Below, piece by piece: positions 53,140-64,000 of a DNA stretch of 64,000 nucleotides. The stretch's first letter is position 1; each line of letters starts with the position of its first letter. A program made the position numbers and the translations under genes. The notes under the pieces are model-generated. The model worked only from the letters and a program-made list of their open reading frames with translations. It ran no database searches and was not told the origin of the DNA. The stretch is taken from contig OZ249436.1 in NCBI GenBank assembly GCA_965235115.1, forward strand, positions 17,362,001 through 17,426,000, read 5' to 3'. Source of the stretch: Laetmonice hystrix. Lineage: Eukaryota.

Positions 53140-53519
53140 CTGGGCTGATAGAGAAACGTAGTATCATTAGGATACGCGTTTCAGTGATCTTAGAACTACC
53201 TTGTTCAGTAAAGTTTATCATGACGTCACATAGCCCAGGGTAACCAATGGACGCCGCCATCTTGGTTCACGGTGAACGAGATTCACGCTGAGTCCGTGAG
53301 CTCACAAACAGTGTGCTCTTGATAATAAGACAGATCGTATGTTTGTAGACGGCCACTCTTTGATGTAATCTTATCGTCGGAGGGAGGAAGTAGCACTGTG
53401 TGTATTTGACCTAGCCTTATCATGGTTATTACTAGAAAGTAGTTAGGCCTAAGTACTGTATGCGTTGATGCAACATTGTCTCAGCAATATCGGTTGGGAA
53501 GTTGAGGCCTTTTTAGGTT

Positions 53520-55146
53520 TAGCTGGTTCCCGGCTCACTCGCCAGGTGGCTCTGTGGTCGACGCGAATAGGAGCCGGTAACGCCATTCGGGAACCCTCGG
53601 GAAAGTCCGCCACCTTCCGGTGGGTTCGGATTTTCACCTCGGGTGTAATGGACAGTTTTGTGTGACTTTGTGATGCGGCGCGAATGAATATGAGTGAGCA
53701 GGCAGGGGGGGGGGGCACAATGCGCGCTGACCAAGTAATCCCTACAGCGTAATGGCAGCGGTTGATGAGTGTTTGCATTATGCACTTGGAAACTGTCCGA
53801 TAACCAAAGGAAAGTCGCGGCAGTTAAACCAAAACAGAGAGAAACATGCTCAACTCGGAAATGGCTTATGCCTCCATTCGTCCCATCGTCGGCCACCAAC
53901 ACTCGCTGACTCCCCGGGGCAGCTACCGACAGCGGCGAGACGGGCCCCCGCTGCTAAATCTACTGCTAGCGCGAAGCGCTCGGAAACTGGTGAGGCAGTC
54001 TAGGCGAGATACAAATTAAGGAGGACGTTATTTCACATAACTCTGATCACGTACCGTCCCTTCCGTGAACACCCACTAGAATCTTTTTATAGCGACAAAG
54101 GCCAAGATGGGAGCTGTGGAAAGCACATGGGTTTGTTTAGTTGTGTGACTACTTTCAAAAATGGCGACCTGACCTTTATGGCCGAGACATGATCTGCCAT
54201 CTGTCGAGGTAGCGCCGAGTGCCGGTAACGCCTGCCATCTTTGTACACTCTTGCTGTACATTCGTGGGGGGTCTGAAATTGGTAATGACGTATTTCCGGG
54301 ATTCCCAACGCTCCCGTGAGAAAAGTTCTGCTGAAAACGGAGACGGCGACTTCCTTGAAATTCCAACACTGCATAGTGTGGAAGGAGTGAAGAGTCGCAA
54401 AATATAATATTCTATCATATTCTAGATCTAGGCTACATAGTTAACTCAGGGCCTAACTTAATGATAGGCCTACATGTCACTCTGAACAGGATCAGCACAG
54501 GACCTGGCACTGGCAGGCATGGGTCACTGTCACTCAGCTACACAATCAATATCAACTCAATTTTCCATACACATGTGCTGCGAATCTACATTACCAAACT
54601 TGCCACAGACAAAGATTCATATCATATGTTCTGAAATTAGGAATATGGTTTTTAATCTCTGGTACAATTTTAACAAACACAGGTGAGGTCTCTAGGCAAT
54701 GTCCTAACACGCGTGTTCACGGGCGAAGGGCCCGGGAGACCCCACTCAGGACCCCGGCCGAGTCGCATGGAGCGCTACCGACGCTCACTGGCGAAGACAA
54801 CATCAGTTTGCTTTTGCCTCAAGACAGTCAAGTAATTTATCACGCAGTTGAAATCTTTACAATAGCTACTTACGGCGAATTTCAAAGTTAATAGTCGATT
54901 TACTTTTTCACCAAATGTCACTGTCCAGTGACAATAATAGAAGTTCAAATTTGGTAGAAGAAACCCTGTGAGCGGGCAGCGGCCTTCACGGAGGCGCATC
55001 CTCAATGTATTTTTAGATAAGCCAATAATAAGTGAGTTATCAAAGAGGGGAGTGTGACCAATGACAGCCAAGCTCTCAGTAGGCGTTACCGGCTCCTACT
55101 CGGGTCGACCACAGAGCCACCTAGCCAGTGAGTCGGGAACCAGCTT
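53520..55146. mobile_element. 1.6-kb non-coding DNA transposon with TIRs of about 65 bp (superfamily uncertain)
   Basis: TAGCTGGTTCCCGGCTCACTCGCCAGGTGGCTCTGTGGTCGACGCGAATAGGAGCCGGTAACGCC is matched in inverse at 55082-55146 with about 6 mismatches. The TSD is degenerate. Confidence 0.75.
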
Positions 55147-55814
55147 ATTGTCAGGTCAGCGGGCTGCCAATAACAAATATTAGGCTTACTTGGGATGGTT
55201 TTAATCTAACATTCAGGCAAGGCCTATAAAACTCTATATTATTACAGACGAGCTTCCCCTTGTATTCGGCAGGCCAAAAATATGTGACATTAGTACTTAT
55301 ATTTCTCCTCAGTTAGTGGCACCAAAGAAACCAAACATAGCATGATGTAAGAATCTCCGCCTTTCATGGACCAGCAGGATGGCATCTCTGGACCACGATA
55401 GAGGCAGATATACATATATTTTAAACTTATATTGATACTATTTTCTCAGGGGTATTATTTTTATGCCATGCCGGAAGAAAGGTTTCATAAATATCTTCTG
55501 TAAACCGAACTGATAGGTTGCCGAAGGGTGTGGACTTTAATCATGATGTATGTTGGTGTAATGATGAATGACATCATGGTGATCATGATGATAGGGGCGT
55601 ACTGTATGTCATGCCGTATGGACTTACATAACAATGATTTCCATACCGACAACTAGACGTACCGCCCGCCCGACACAATGAGTCTATGATACTCTGACAA
55701 AGGCTGAGTTCATCCATTCAATGGTGCAGATGATGTGGACGTTCAGGTCTGACAGACTGTGGACGTGTTGTGAGGGGTAAGTTAGTTAATGGGCAGGCGA
55801 CACGACACGACAGA

Positions 55815-56255
55815 CACCCCTACTCCCCCTCGCTCTACCCCCCTACCCCACTCCACTCCACCCCACCCTCACTCTACCCCCCCCCCACCCCACTCCACTC
55901 CACCCCACCCTCACTCTACCCCCTACCCCACTCCACTCCACCCCACCCTCACTCTACCCCCCACCCCACTCCACTCCACCCCACCCTCACTCTACCCCCC
56001 CAACCCCACCCTCACTCTACCCACCCCACCCTCACTCTACCCCCCCCCCCACCCACCCCACTCCACCCCACCCTCACTCTACCCCCCCCCCACCCCACTC
56101 CACTCCACCCCACCCTCACTCTACCCCCTACACCCCACTCCACTCCACCCCACCCTCACTCTACCCACCCCACCCCAGTGCACTCCACCCCACCCTCACT
56201 CTACCCCCCACCCCAGTGCACTCCACCCCACCCTCACTCTACCCCCCCCCCCCTC
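55815..56255. repeat. C-rich minisatellite
   Basis: CCACTCCACTCCACCCCACCCTCACTCTACCCCC units. Confidence 0.93.
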
Positions 56256-57413
56256 GCCATCATTCTCATGTGTGAGTCACGTGGACCTGATCTATTGACT
56301 TTATTGGAAGAATATTATTTATTCGCCGATGAATTTAACGAGTGCACAGCTGTAAGGTAGCGTGTCCGGCTTGATATACTTTTAACCCTTTATTTGACCT
56401 TTACTTTGATATCAGACTCGTGCCTGAGTGGATACCTGCTGACCTTTATTTTAGTATTAGCCACCTGTCTAAGTGAATATCTCCCTTTGTGTATGTCTCA
56501 GACACCTGTCTGGGTGGATACCCTACTTTTATGTCTGAGGGGTCTGGCTTTTATATTGGTGTGATACACCTGTCTGATTGGATAATGAAGCTTTGTTTTG
56601 GTCTCAGACACCTGTCTGGATGAATAGCCGACTTTTACTATCAGACACGTGTCCGATTCGATTAACGACCTTTTTCGTGTCTGATTGGAAAAGATTATAG
56701 ATAACAATAATTTGTGACCTGTAGTCAGGCTCGCTCACAGTTAAAAAGTCGCTCCCGAACGGGGGCATTCAGTGCAACCGTTCAGTGGGTTATTATACAT
56801 TGACTGACAATACAACCTAATTAATTATAATGCAACTAATATGTTTTCTTTGATCTTCATTACGGTTGATGGAGATAAACATCATTCTGTGGACATGGAC
56901 ACGAGCCGCGAGTTATTGATCAGCGTTGTATCGCAATGAACGTAGGCTGGCACGTCTGTTAAACAGGACTGGGTGAGGCAGAGGACGCAACCACCTCCTC
57001 TGATTCTTGCCCCAGGACCGTAGCCTGGTTGCCTGGCTAGTTAAGTCTGAGAGAGACCTCCTCAGATTGACAACTCGCCTCGCCCGATTTCTCATTCAAA
57101 TTTCTGGTCTGGGCACCTCCTAGTAATGATTGGTCATGATGGTCCTGCCAATCATCAGGTACGGCTATGATACCAATCATCACGGAGAGAAGACCCGTCA
57201 TGTGTAATGGATGCAGAAAGGGTTACTTAATACTAACATAGGTTGATGATTACATAACACATGTAATAACATTTATAAGTGAGCGTTACGTAATCCGAAC
57301 ATAGGGTGATCATTACGTAAAGGATGGTCATTACGTATTACTAAATATAGGATGGTCCTTAACAGTACAGATTAATTAGTGTGGGAAGGATGCAACGTTA
57401 CCGGCCGAAAAGA

Positions 57414-57875
57414 CACTGGCGGATCCAGGGGGGGAGGGGGGTTCGAACCCCCCTAAAATTTTGCAGATACACACATTTTAACTTAAGGGGGTTCAAACAT
57501 TATAATTTAGAAGGTTTTTTTTCAGTCGCAAGATAAAAACCACCTAAAAGTTTTTTTTGCCTCGCTACGCTCGGCATGATTTCATGCTATAGCCAAAGTT
57601 GCTGTTGGACTTGAGGAGGCCCTTTTGCCCTTGGTCACATTGGTCATTGAATAGCTTATTTTGTCCTCCAAAATGCATCGGATTGCAACAAATTACACGT
57701 TGAATTTCAAAATTTTCTGGGGCGGGGGGGGGGGGCATGCCCCCGGACCCCCCTAGGAAGGCTTCGCGCCTTCGGCGCTTGCAGACTTCGCGCCTTCGGT
57801 GCTCGTACAGTCACGCCTGTGTCGCCACTAAACATGTTGAACCCCACCTAACGGAAAAAGCTGGATCCGCCCCTG
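57414..57875. mobile_element. 462-bp MITE (CAGGGGCGGATCCAG type)
   Basis: TIR CACTGGCGGATCCAG / CAGGGGCGGATCCAG, AAAGA on both sides, internal GC hairpins (GCTTCGCGCCTTCGGCGC). Confidence 0.8.
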
Positions 57876-57962
57876 AAAGAAATCTTTTTGGAAGTTTAAT
57901 CAGTTTTATCAGCAATAGTCTCCTGTTTATGATTATCTGAATGCTGCAAGACACAAACTCTC

Positions 57963-58573
57963 TGTGAGAATATTGACTATACGAGAGGTGTACACAAACT
58001 CCTCCCTCTCCCCGTCCACAGGGAGGATGTCCGTCCAACAGTTCACTGTGAGAATATTGACTATACGAGAGGTGTACACAAACTCCTCCCTCTCCCCGTC
58101 CACAGGGAGGATGTCCGTCCAACAGTTCACTGAGAATATTGACTATACGAGAGGTGTACACAAACTCCTCCCTCTCCCCGTCCACAGGGAGGATGTCCGT
58201 CCAACAGTTCACTGTGAGAATATTGACTATACGAGAGGTGTACACAAACTCCTCCCTCATCCCGTCCACAGGGAGGATGTCCGTCCAACAGTTCACTGTG
58301 AGAATATTGACTATACGAGAGGTGTACACAAACTCCCCCCTCATCCCGTCCACAGGGAAGATGTCCGTCCCACAGTTCTCTGTGAGAATATTGACTATAC
58401 GAGAGGTGTACACAAACTCCTCCCTCACCCCGTCCACAGGGAGGATGTCCGTCCAACAGTTCACTGAGAATATTGACTATACGAGAGGTGTACACAAACT
58501 CCTCCCTCTCCCCGTCCACAGGGAAGATGTCCGTCCAACAGTTCACTGTGAGAATATTGACTATACGAGAGGT
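57963..58573. repeat. 82/84-bp minisatellite
   Basis: TGTGAGAATATTGACTATACGAGAGGTGTACACAAACTCC... about 7 copies. Confidence 0.97.
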
Positions 58574-58974
58574 GCACTTTGTGACCCGTCGTGAAACAGA
58601 CAGGTGATCGTAATGTGGTGACCCTGGGTCTTGTGTGCTAGAGTGAAGTGCCCTCATGCAACTATCCTCATCAGAACTGACGCTGATCACATATATACCC
58701 ACCCACCCTAGGGGGTAACAAATTAACCCCACCCCTGACCTAGGAGTCTCCCGAACATCACCTCCCAGAATCCTCGGCCGTAAATGTCGTTCGTCTCGAC
58801 ACCACTTCCGGCGTGAGCGTTCGGACGGTGAACATCAAAGGGCCGCCAGGTGAGAGAACGAACCCTGGGGATGGGGGGTAGGTGAGGGGGCGTCAGGCAA
58901 GGTGGGGGGTAGACTCGTGACATGGCATCCTTACCCTCCACACAGCACGACTGAGGTATGGATGAACAATCAGT

Positions 58975-59310
58975 CAGTCTGGTGGGCCTATGCCGATGGG
59001 TTGATTGGGGCATGGCAGTCTGGTGAGCCCATGCCGATGGGTTGATTGGGGCATGGCAGTCTGGTGAGCCCATCCCGACGGGTTGATTGGGGCATGGCAG
59101 TCTGGTGGGCCCATCCCGACGGGTTGATTGGGGCATGGCAGTCTGGTGGGCCCATCCCGACGGGTTGATTGGGGCATGGCAGTCGGGTGGGCCCATACCG
59201 ATGGGTTGATTGGGGCATGGACGTCTGGTACGTGGGCTCATGCCGATGAGTTGATTGCGGCATGGCAGTCTGGTGGGCCCTTGCCAATGGGTTGACTCAG
59301 TCGGGTGGAC
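58975..59310. repeat. 41-bp minisatellite
   Basis: GGCAGTCTGGTGGGCCCATCCCGACGGGTTGATTGGGGCAT repeated. Confidence 0.93.
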
Positions 59311-60281
59311 CCATGTCGATGGCGAGGGTGGTTGAAAGTGACGTTTAATTATCTCCGGACAATTTGCACTGTTCAGGATATGTAATGCATGTCTCAAAGG
59401 GGAACCTACAATACCTCCTGTCAAATCAACGATTACTCTGAATTATGGCTGGTAAATAGATAAAGTGAGATGGTTAATTTGAACCCAGCTTCACCGGTGA
59501 TGGAAGGTCTCCAGTGAGCTTGTGAGAAAGGCAATTGATCATAGGGGGTTGGGTTAGAAACGGGCGGTTTGGATCGTGGGAGTTTGGGTCTCCAGCCGGG
59601 GGTTTAGGCGTTTCGGGATGGGAGTTTGGGTCACAACGGAGAGGATGGCGTAGCGTTTGGGTCATGGCAGTTTGGCTCATAGACAGGTTGTTGCAGCGTT
59701 TGGGACACGGGAGTTACTCATTTACCAGTGGTCTAGGTGGTCACGGGACCTCCCCCCTGGCTGCCGCTTGATGATGCCACTGGTCGTGACGGGGTTAGCC
59801 GTAACGCTGAGGGAGGGGTTAACTTACCCCGGCCAGTTGGACACCCCGTCAGATTGGGAGGGCGGGTTGTTTATTTAGTGTGAAGGGACAAAAACATCGC
59901 TAAGGTCACAGGGTACAGATCGGGTGGTTAGCTGTAATTTGATGATCTCTGATTACACAATAATAAACTGCTTCTTTCTCTGGTTTTGATCAATCCTTTG
60001 ATTTGTGTGACGGCTGAAGAGCCTCAAGTCCATTGGCTATCGTCTCTAGTTGGGTGAGAGGGGTACGTTAGGTGTGACCTTGAGAAGGTCAAACGACATC
60101 AATCGGGACATTTTCTATCTCAGGTTTTCTGGTGTAGGAGATACAAGGGGTCGCCTTGTTTACATATACCGGTAGGATACAAGAAAATATTTTGGGAGTT
60201 ATTCTTGAGTCAATAATCCAGCTTATATGCAGGTTTATAAAGTTATTAAACAGTGTTTTTGTTTGCATTTCTGTTGTCCAG

Positions 60282-60377
60282 GTGACCTCACGACTGTTGT
60301 ATGCAGAGCAGCGAAAGTTGGATGCCTTGGAGCGTGAACTCGGAGCTCAACTAACGACAGGCCCCAGCCGGCCCAAG
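60282..60377 (+). CDS. Internal exon, coiled-coil (VTSRLLYAEQRKLDALERELGAQLTTGPSRPK)
   Basis: TTTCTGTTGTCCAG acceptor, AAG|GTAAAG donor, 96 nt, phase 0 to 0. Confidence 0.75.
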
Positions 60378-60790
60378 GTAAAGTGTCTCCTCAATAGTGC
60401 TGCCATCTTTCGGTGTAGCAGAACGCCATCTAGAGTCAAACGGAAGAACTGATCTGGTTACCACGGGCCAGACCCGACCACCAGTCCTATCCGCAAGTGG
60501 CCTATACGAGCGACGAGCGGCCTCTAGCGGGAAAAAGTGGTCTACGGGCCTGTTGGAGCTCAGTCTCGGTGTTGGAGTTCGAATGGCGGCAATGGCCTCA
60601 TTGGTGCTGCCACCTGGTTTTTAGTTTGACGGTTACCTCACCCGACCAGCGGTCGTGAAGAAACACGGAACAGAATTAAATTACTAACTGACCCAACTCC
60701 AAGTAAACCTGGAATACAATAATTGATTGTGTTATAAATAATCATCAGTCGTTATACAAACATAGTAAAAGCACACTCATTTATTTTCAG

Positions 60791-60825
60791 ACGAAAGAAG
60801 TAGAGCAGCTTGAAGTCAACATTGG
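60791..60825 (+). CDS. Internal exon (TKEVEQLEVNIG)
   Basis: TTATTTTCAG acceptor, GTAAGT donor, 35 nt, phase 0 to 2, in frame with both neighbours. Confidence 0.78.
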
Positions 60826-61261
60826 GTAAGTCTGTCCTTCTGTCTGTCCTTCTGTCTGTCCTTCTGTCTGTAGGCCTAATTTACAATCATCATGTACGTA
60901 GTTCTTCATATCAAAGGGCACATATAATTATACTTTAGTGATTCTCCCGTTAATGAGAAAATTGGTTGTGGATTGAAACGGGTTGTATGTATCCGTGTAA
61001 AACAAGTCATTATTGAAGATTATTAGCATAGAACGGCCAAGTGTTGCATGGCTTTGTATCTTTATAAGGTTAAACGTTCACTGACATTGTATACAGGTTT
61101 AAACTGATGACTGGTCTGACATTATACCTGGTCGACTTTTCAGAATAGTGACGGGCTTCCATATTAATTTTAACCAATTTATATCAGATTGAACATTATA
61201 TAATAGTTTATAGTCTATGGGTTTATAGTCTGTCGAAGGGAATGTAGCCTTGTAGGGAAGT

Positions 61262-62080
61262 CGTCAGTGAAGATCAATTGTCAGTTTACACCTGTATTTG
61301 TGTAACCAATCCCTGCTGAACCTGCTGTTTGCTGTCGTCAGTGAAGACCATGCAGTTGTTAGTATGTCGACCTGTATTATATAACCAATCCCACACATAG
61401 TGGACCTGATGTTTGCTGTCGTCAGTGAAGACCATGCAGTTGTTAGTATTTCCACCTGTATTATATAACTAATCCCACACATAGTGGACCTGATGTTTGC
61501 TGTCGTCAGTGAAGACCATGCAGTTGTTAGTATGTCCACCTATATTATATAACCAATCCCACACATAGTGGACCTGATGTTTGCTGTCGTCAGTGAAGAC
61601 CATGCAGTTGTTAGTATGTCCACCTGTATTATATAACCAATCCCACACATAGTGGACCTGATGTTTGCTGTCGTCAGTGAAGACCATGCAGTTGTTAGTA
61701 TGTCGACCTGTATTATATAACCAATCCCACACATAGTGGACTTGATGTTTGCTGTCGTCAGTGAAGATCATGCAGTTGTTAGTATTTCCACCTGTATTAT
61801 ATAACCAATCCCTCACATAGTGGACCTGATGTTTGCTGTCGTCAGTGAAGACCATGTAGTTGTTAGTATTTCCACCTGTATTATATAACCAATCCCACAC
61901 ATAGTGGACCTGATGTTTGCTGTCGTCAGTGAAGACAATGCAGTTGTTAGTATTTCCACCTGTATTATATAACCATGCAATCCCACACATAGTGGACCTG
62001 ATGTTTTCTGTCGTCAGTGAAGACCATGCAGTTGTTAGTATGTGTATGTCCACCTGTATAACCAATCCCTCACATATGTG
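61262..62080. repeat. 84-bp minisatellite immediately upstream of a splice acceptor
   Basis: TCAGTGAAGACCATGCAGTTGTTAGTAT...GGACCTGATGTTTGCTGTCG, about 9 copies. Confidence 0.95.
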
Positions 62081-62112
62081 ATCATAGATGACCTGCTGTT
62101 CGTTGTTATCAG

Positions 62113-62203
62113 GAGGATTCAGCAACAGCACGACCAACTCGATCGCGAGTATCGTGAGGCTGCAGCCGGACTCCTCCGGAACTCCAGCAAACTCCGCAGA
62201 CAG
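62113..62203 (+). CDS. Internal exon, coiled-coil (RIQQQHDQLDREYREAAAGLLRNSSKLRRQ); gene probably continues past the window
   Basis: GTTGTTATCAG acceptor, CAG|GTCAGT donor, 91 nt, phase 2 to 0, in frame with the 60791 exon. Confidence 0.75.
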
Positions 62204-63424
62204 GTCAGTGACGTCACCGCCAGGGGGAATGACCCCGTAACCTCAGGTCTCAACTCCTCGCGTCTCCTCTCTGGGGGTGTTTTGGGGAGAAAACCCTGGG
62301 AAATATTGGCCTGATCTGATCGGGGTGTAGCCTCGGGTTCACACTGGTTATGGAAATCCTGAGCGGGGGCATACATGAAATTCACTGATAGAATCTAGTA
62401 ATAGAAATCCTGGGAAATTTTAACACATTTTAAAAAAAGTCATGGAAATATATCCATTATCTCAGGACCACAAACTCTATTATGCTGTCTCGAGTTGGGG
62501 CTAACCCCTGAGACTAGGGTCTATGTTTGGCGCTAGGTGGCAGTATGGTCGGCGCTAGGTGGCACTATGGTCGACCATCGGTCTGACAGTGGGAAGGAAT
62601 CCCTGTTTGGGAGAAATGGCTAATAATTGTCGATATATAAATATAACAAAAATTATTTATTTCGAAAACATTCAGAAAGTTGCTGACAAATTCAAGGTAG
62701 GTGTTTGAAAGTAAATATTCAAACCTGGAAATTTTACTCACAGACCAGTTCAGCACTAAGAATAGGATATGTCACATTTTTTGTTTGATCATTTTTTTGA
62801 AAGCTGACAACGACCCCCATGTTATTTTAGGGGTCATATTACGTCCTTTAGTTTGGGAGTTCGTTTCACCACGCTTGGCTGCATGGTTGTGTTAGAGTGT
62901 AGGCTGCGGTCACGTGACGCGGCTGAGCGTCCTGATTGGCTCCTTCGTTTTGACACCATCTCATCGTTTGTAGATCACGTGGTATGTTCATGGAATAACG
63001 CCAACTACAGATGTATGATGTTCAAACAGCCTGAGGGTAGTACACTTCTTTAGTTTGTCAATAACTTCTCGCTTTATGCTTTGATTGTCTCAAGCCTGAT
63101 GAAAAGGTAGCTTTTATTCCCATCACTGTATATTTTATAGATCTCTGCCTGTGCCTGATGTTTTTTTAAATACCAAAGGAGAAAATAATCAGGGATAATA
63201 CTACTACACACGTATAGGCCTACATATGGATACAAAAAAAACCTGGTAAAAAGTCAAGAATTCTATGTACTCAATAAGGTATATAATTATGCCAGTGTGC
63301 AATATAAGGTGCAAGGTAAGCGTTATAACATAGAGGTCAACTGAATAATGTACAAGGCAAACAGGATGTATGAGATAAAGTTCCCTCTCAGTCACATGTG
63401 CAAACAAGGTAGTTGAGGTTGAAT

Positions 63425-63513
63425 TAGCCTGGTTCCCCTGCCCGCCGCTACGCTCCGCGTGCGACCATTGATCAGCGCCAAGGAGCGTAGCGGCGGGCAG
63501 GGGAACCAGGCTA
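63425..63513. mobile_element. 89-bp hairpin MITE with TAG termini (AcademH-like)
   Basis: Perfect 32-bp TIR TAGCCTGGTTCCCCTGCCCGCCGCTACGCTCC. Flanks AGGTTGAAT / AGGTTGGCC share the first 6 of 9 bases. Confidence 0.75.
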
Positions 63514-64000
63514 AGGTTGGCCGCTAAGGCCGGTCCATCAGTCCAGCCCCTGCTGCCATATATTATTTATCTTATAGCATGGTTACATTTAATTTAACGG
63601 CAATACTGCCGGGAATACTGGGTGACATGGAGGGGGGGGGGGATTTAATAGTTTCTCAAGGTGAACAGCATATAAAGCTGGTTAGAATGCAGAGGCCCAC
63701 CCCTAATAATCTGGAGGGGGCATCCCCCCTACCCAATAATCTGTGATCACGAAGTGATGCAGATTGCTGGCATAATGTAGGCATACACCCACATTTCACG
63801 AGAAACAAGATGTGGGTGGCACTAAATATCATCACTCAACGTTTGAGTGACGGTCGTGTTCGACTGGGGAGAAATCAAACTTTAATATGAGCCTTGTGTT
63901 ACTGACATGAAAGTCCGGGAGATACCCAGAAGTGATGTGAGTATACCCCAGTCTGTCACATGGTCTCGTTGGTCACACCGACACCAGTTTTCCCAGAGCT

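Noticed and set aside
14750..62080. Regular 25-37-bp repeats as CRISPR arrays (e.g. 22905-24441, 34968-36300, 43420-44240)
   Set aside because: Units are head-to-tail with no unique spacers, there are no cas genes, and the context is eukaryotic.
16020..62137. Long repetitive ORFs (329 aa at 16649, 368 aa at 19921, 288 aa at 43359, GPVP repeat at 34141, 222 aa at 61469, etc.)
   Set aside because: They are translations of stop-free minisatellite frames, often open on several frames or strands, with no splice or domain support.

Overview
Eukaryotic animal DNA, probably from a marine invertebrate; no prokaryotic operon, rRNA, tRNA or CRISPR array was found. Bases 1-13060 are layered transposon material: a decayed CR1/L2-type LINE fragment, PIF/Harbinger-type MITEs (one nested inside a copy of itself), and a perfect 1136-bp tandem duplication. 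The main feature is a 3.0-kb composite-like DNA transposon (10055-13057). It has two apparently identical 452-bp direct repeats, each bounded by its own short inverted repeats. Between them lie an intact I-PpoI-like His-Me finger nuclease ORF and a convergent, internally deleted Kolobok-type transposase ORF. This matches the published KolobokP architecture, here as a non-autonomous derivative. From about 13.6 kb onward the window appears to be one + strand multi-exon gene encoding an unidentified coiled-coil protein. Its long introns hold more than 25 unrelated minisatellites and several MITEs. Most ORFs in the supplied track are artefacts of these repeats.
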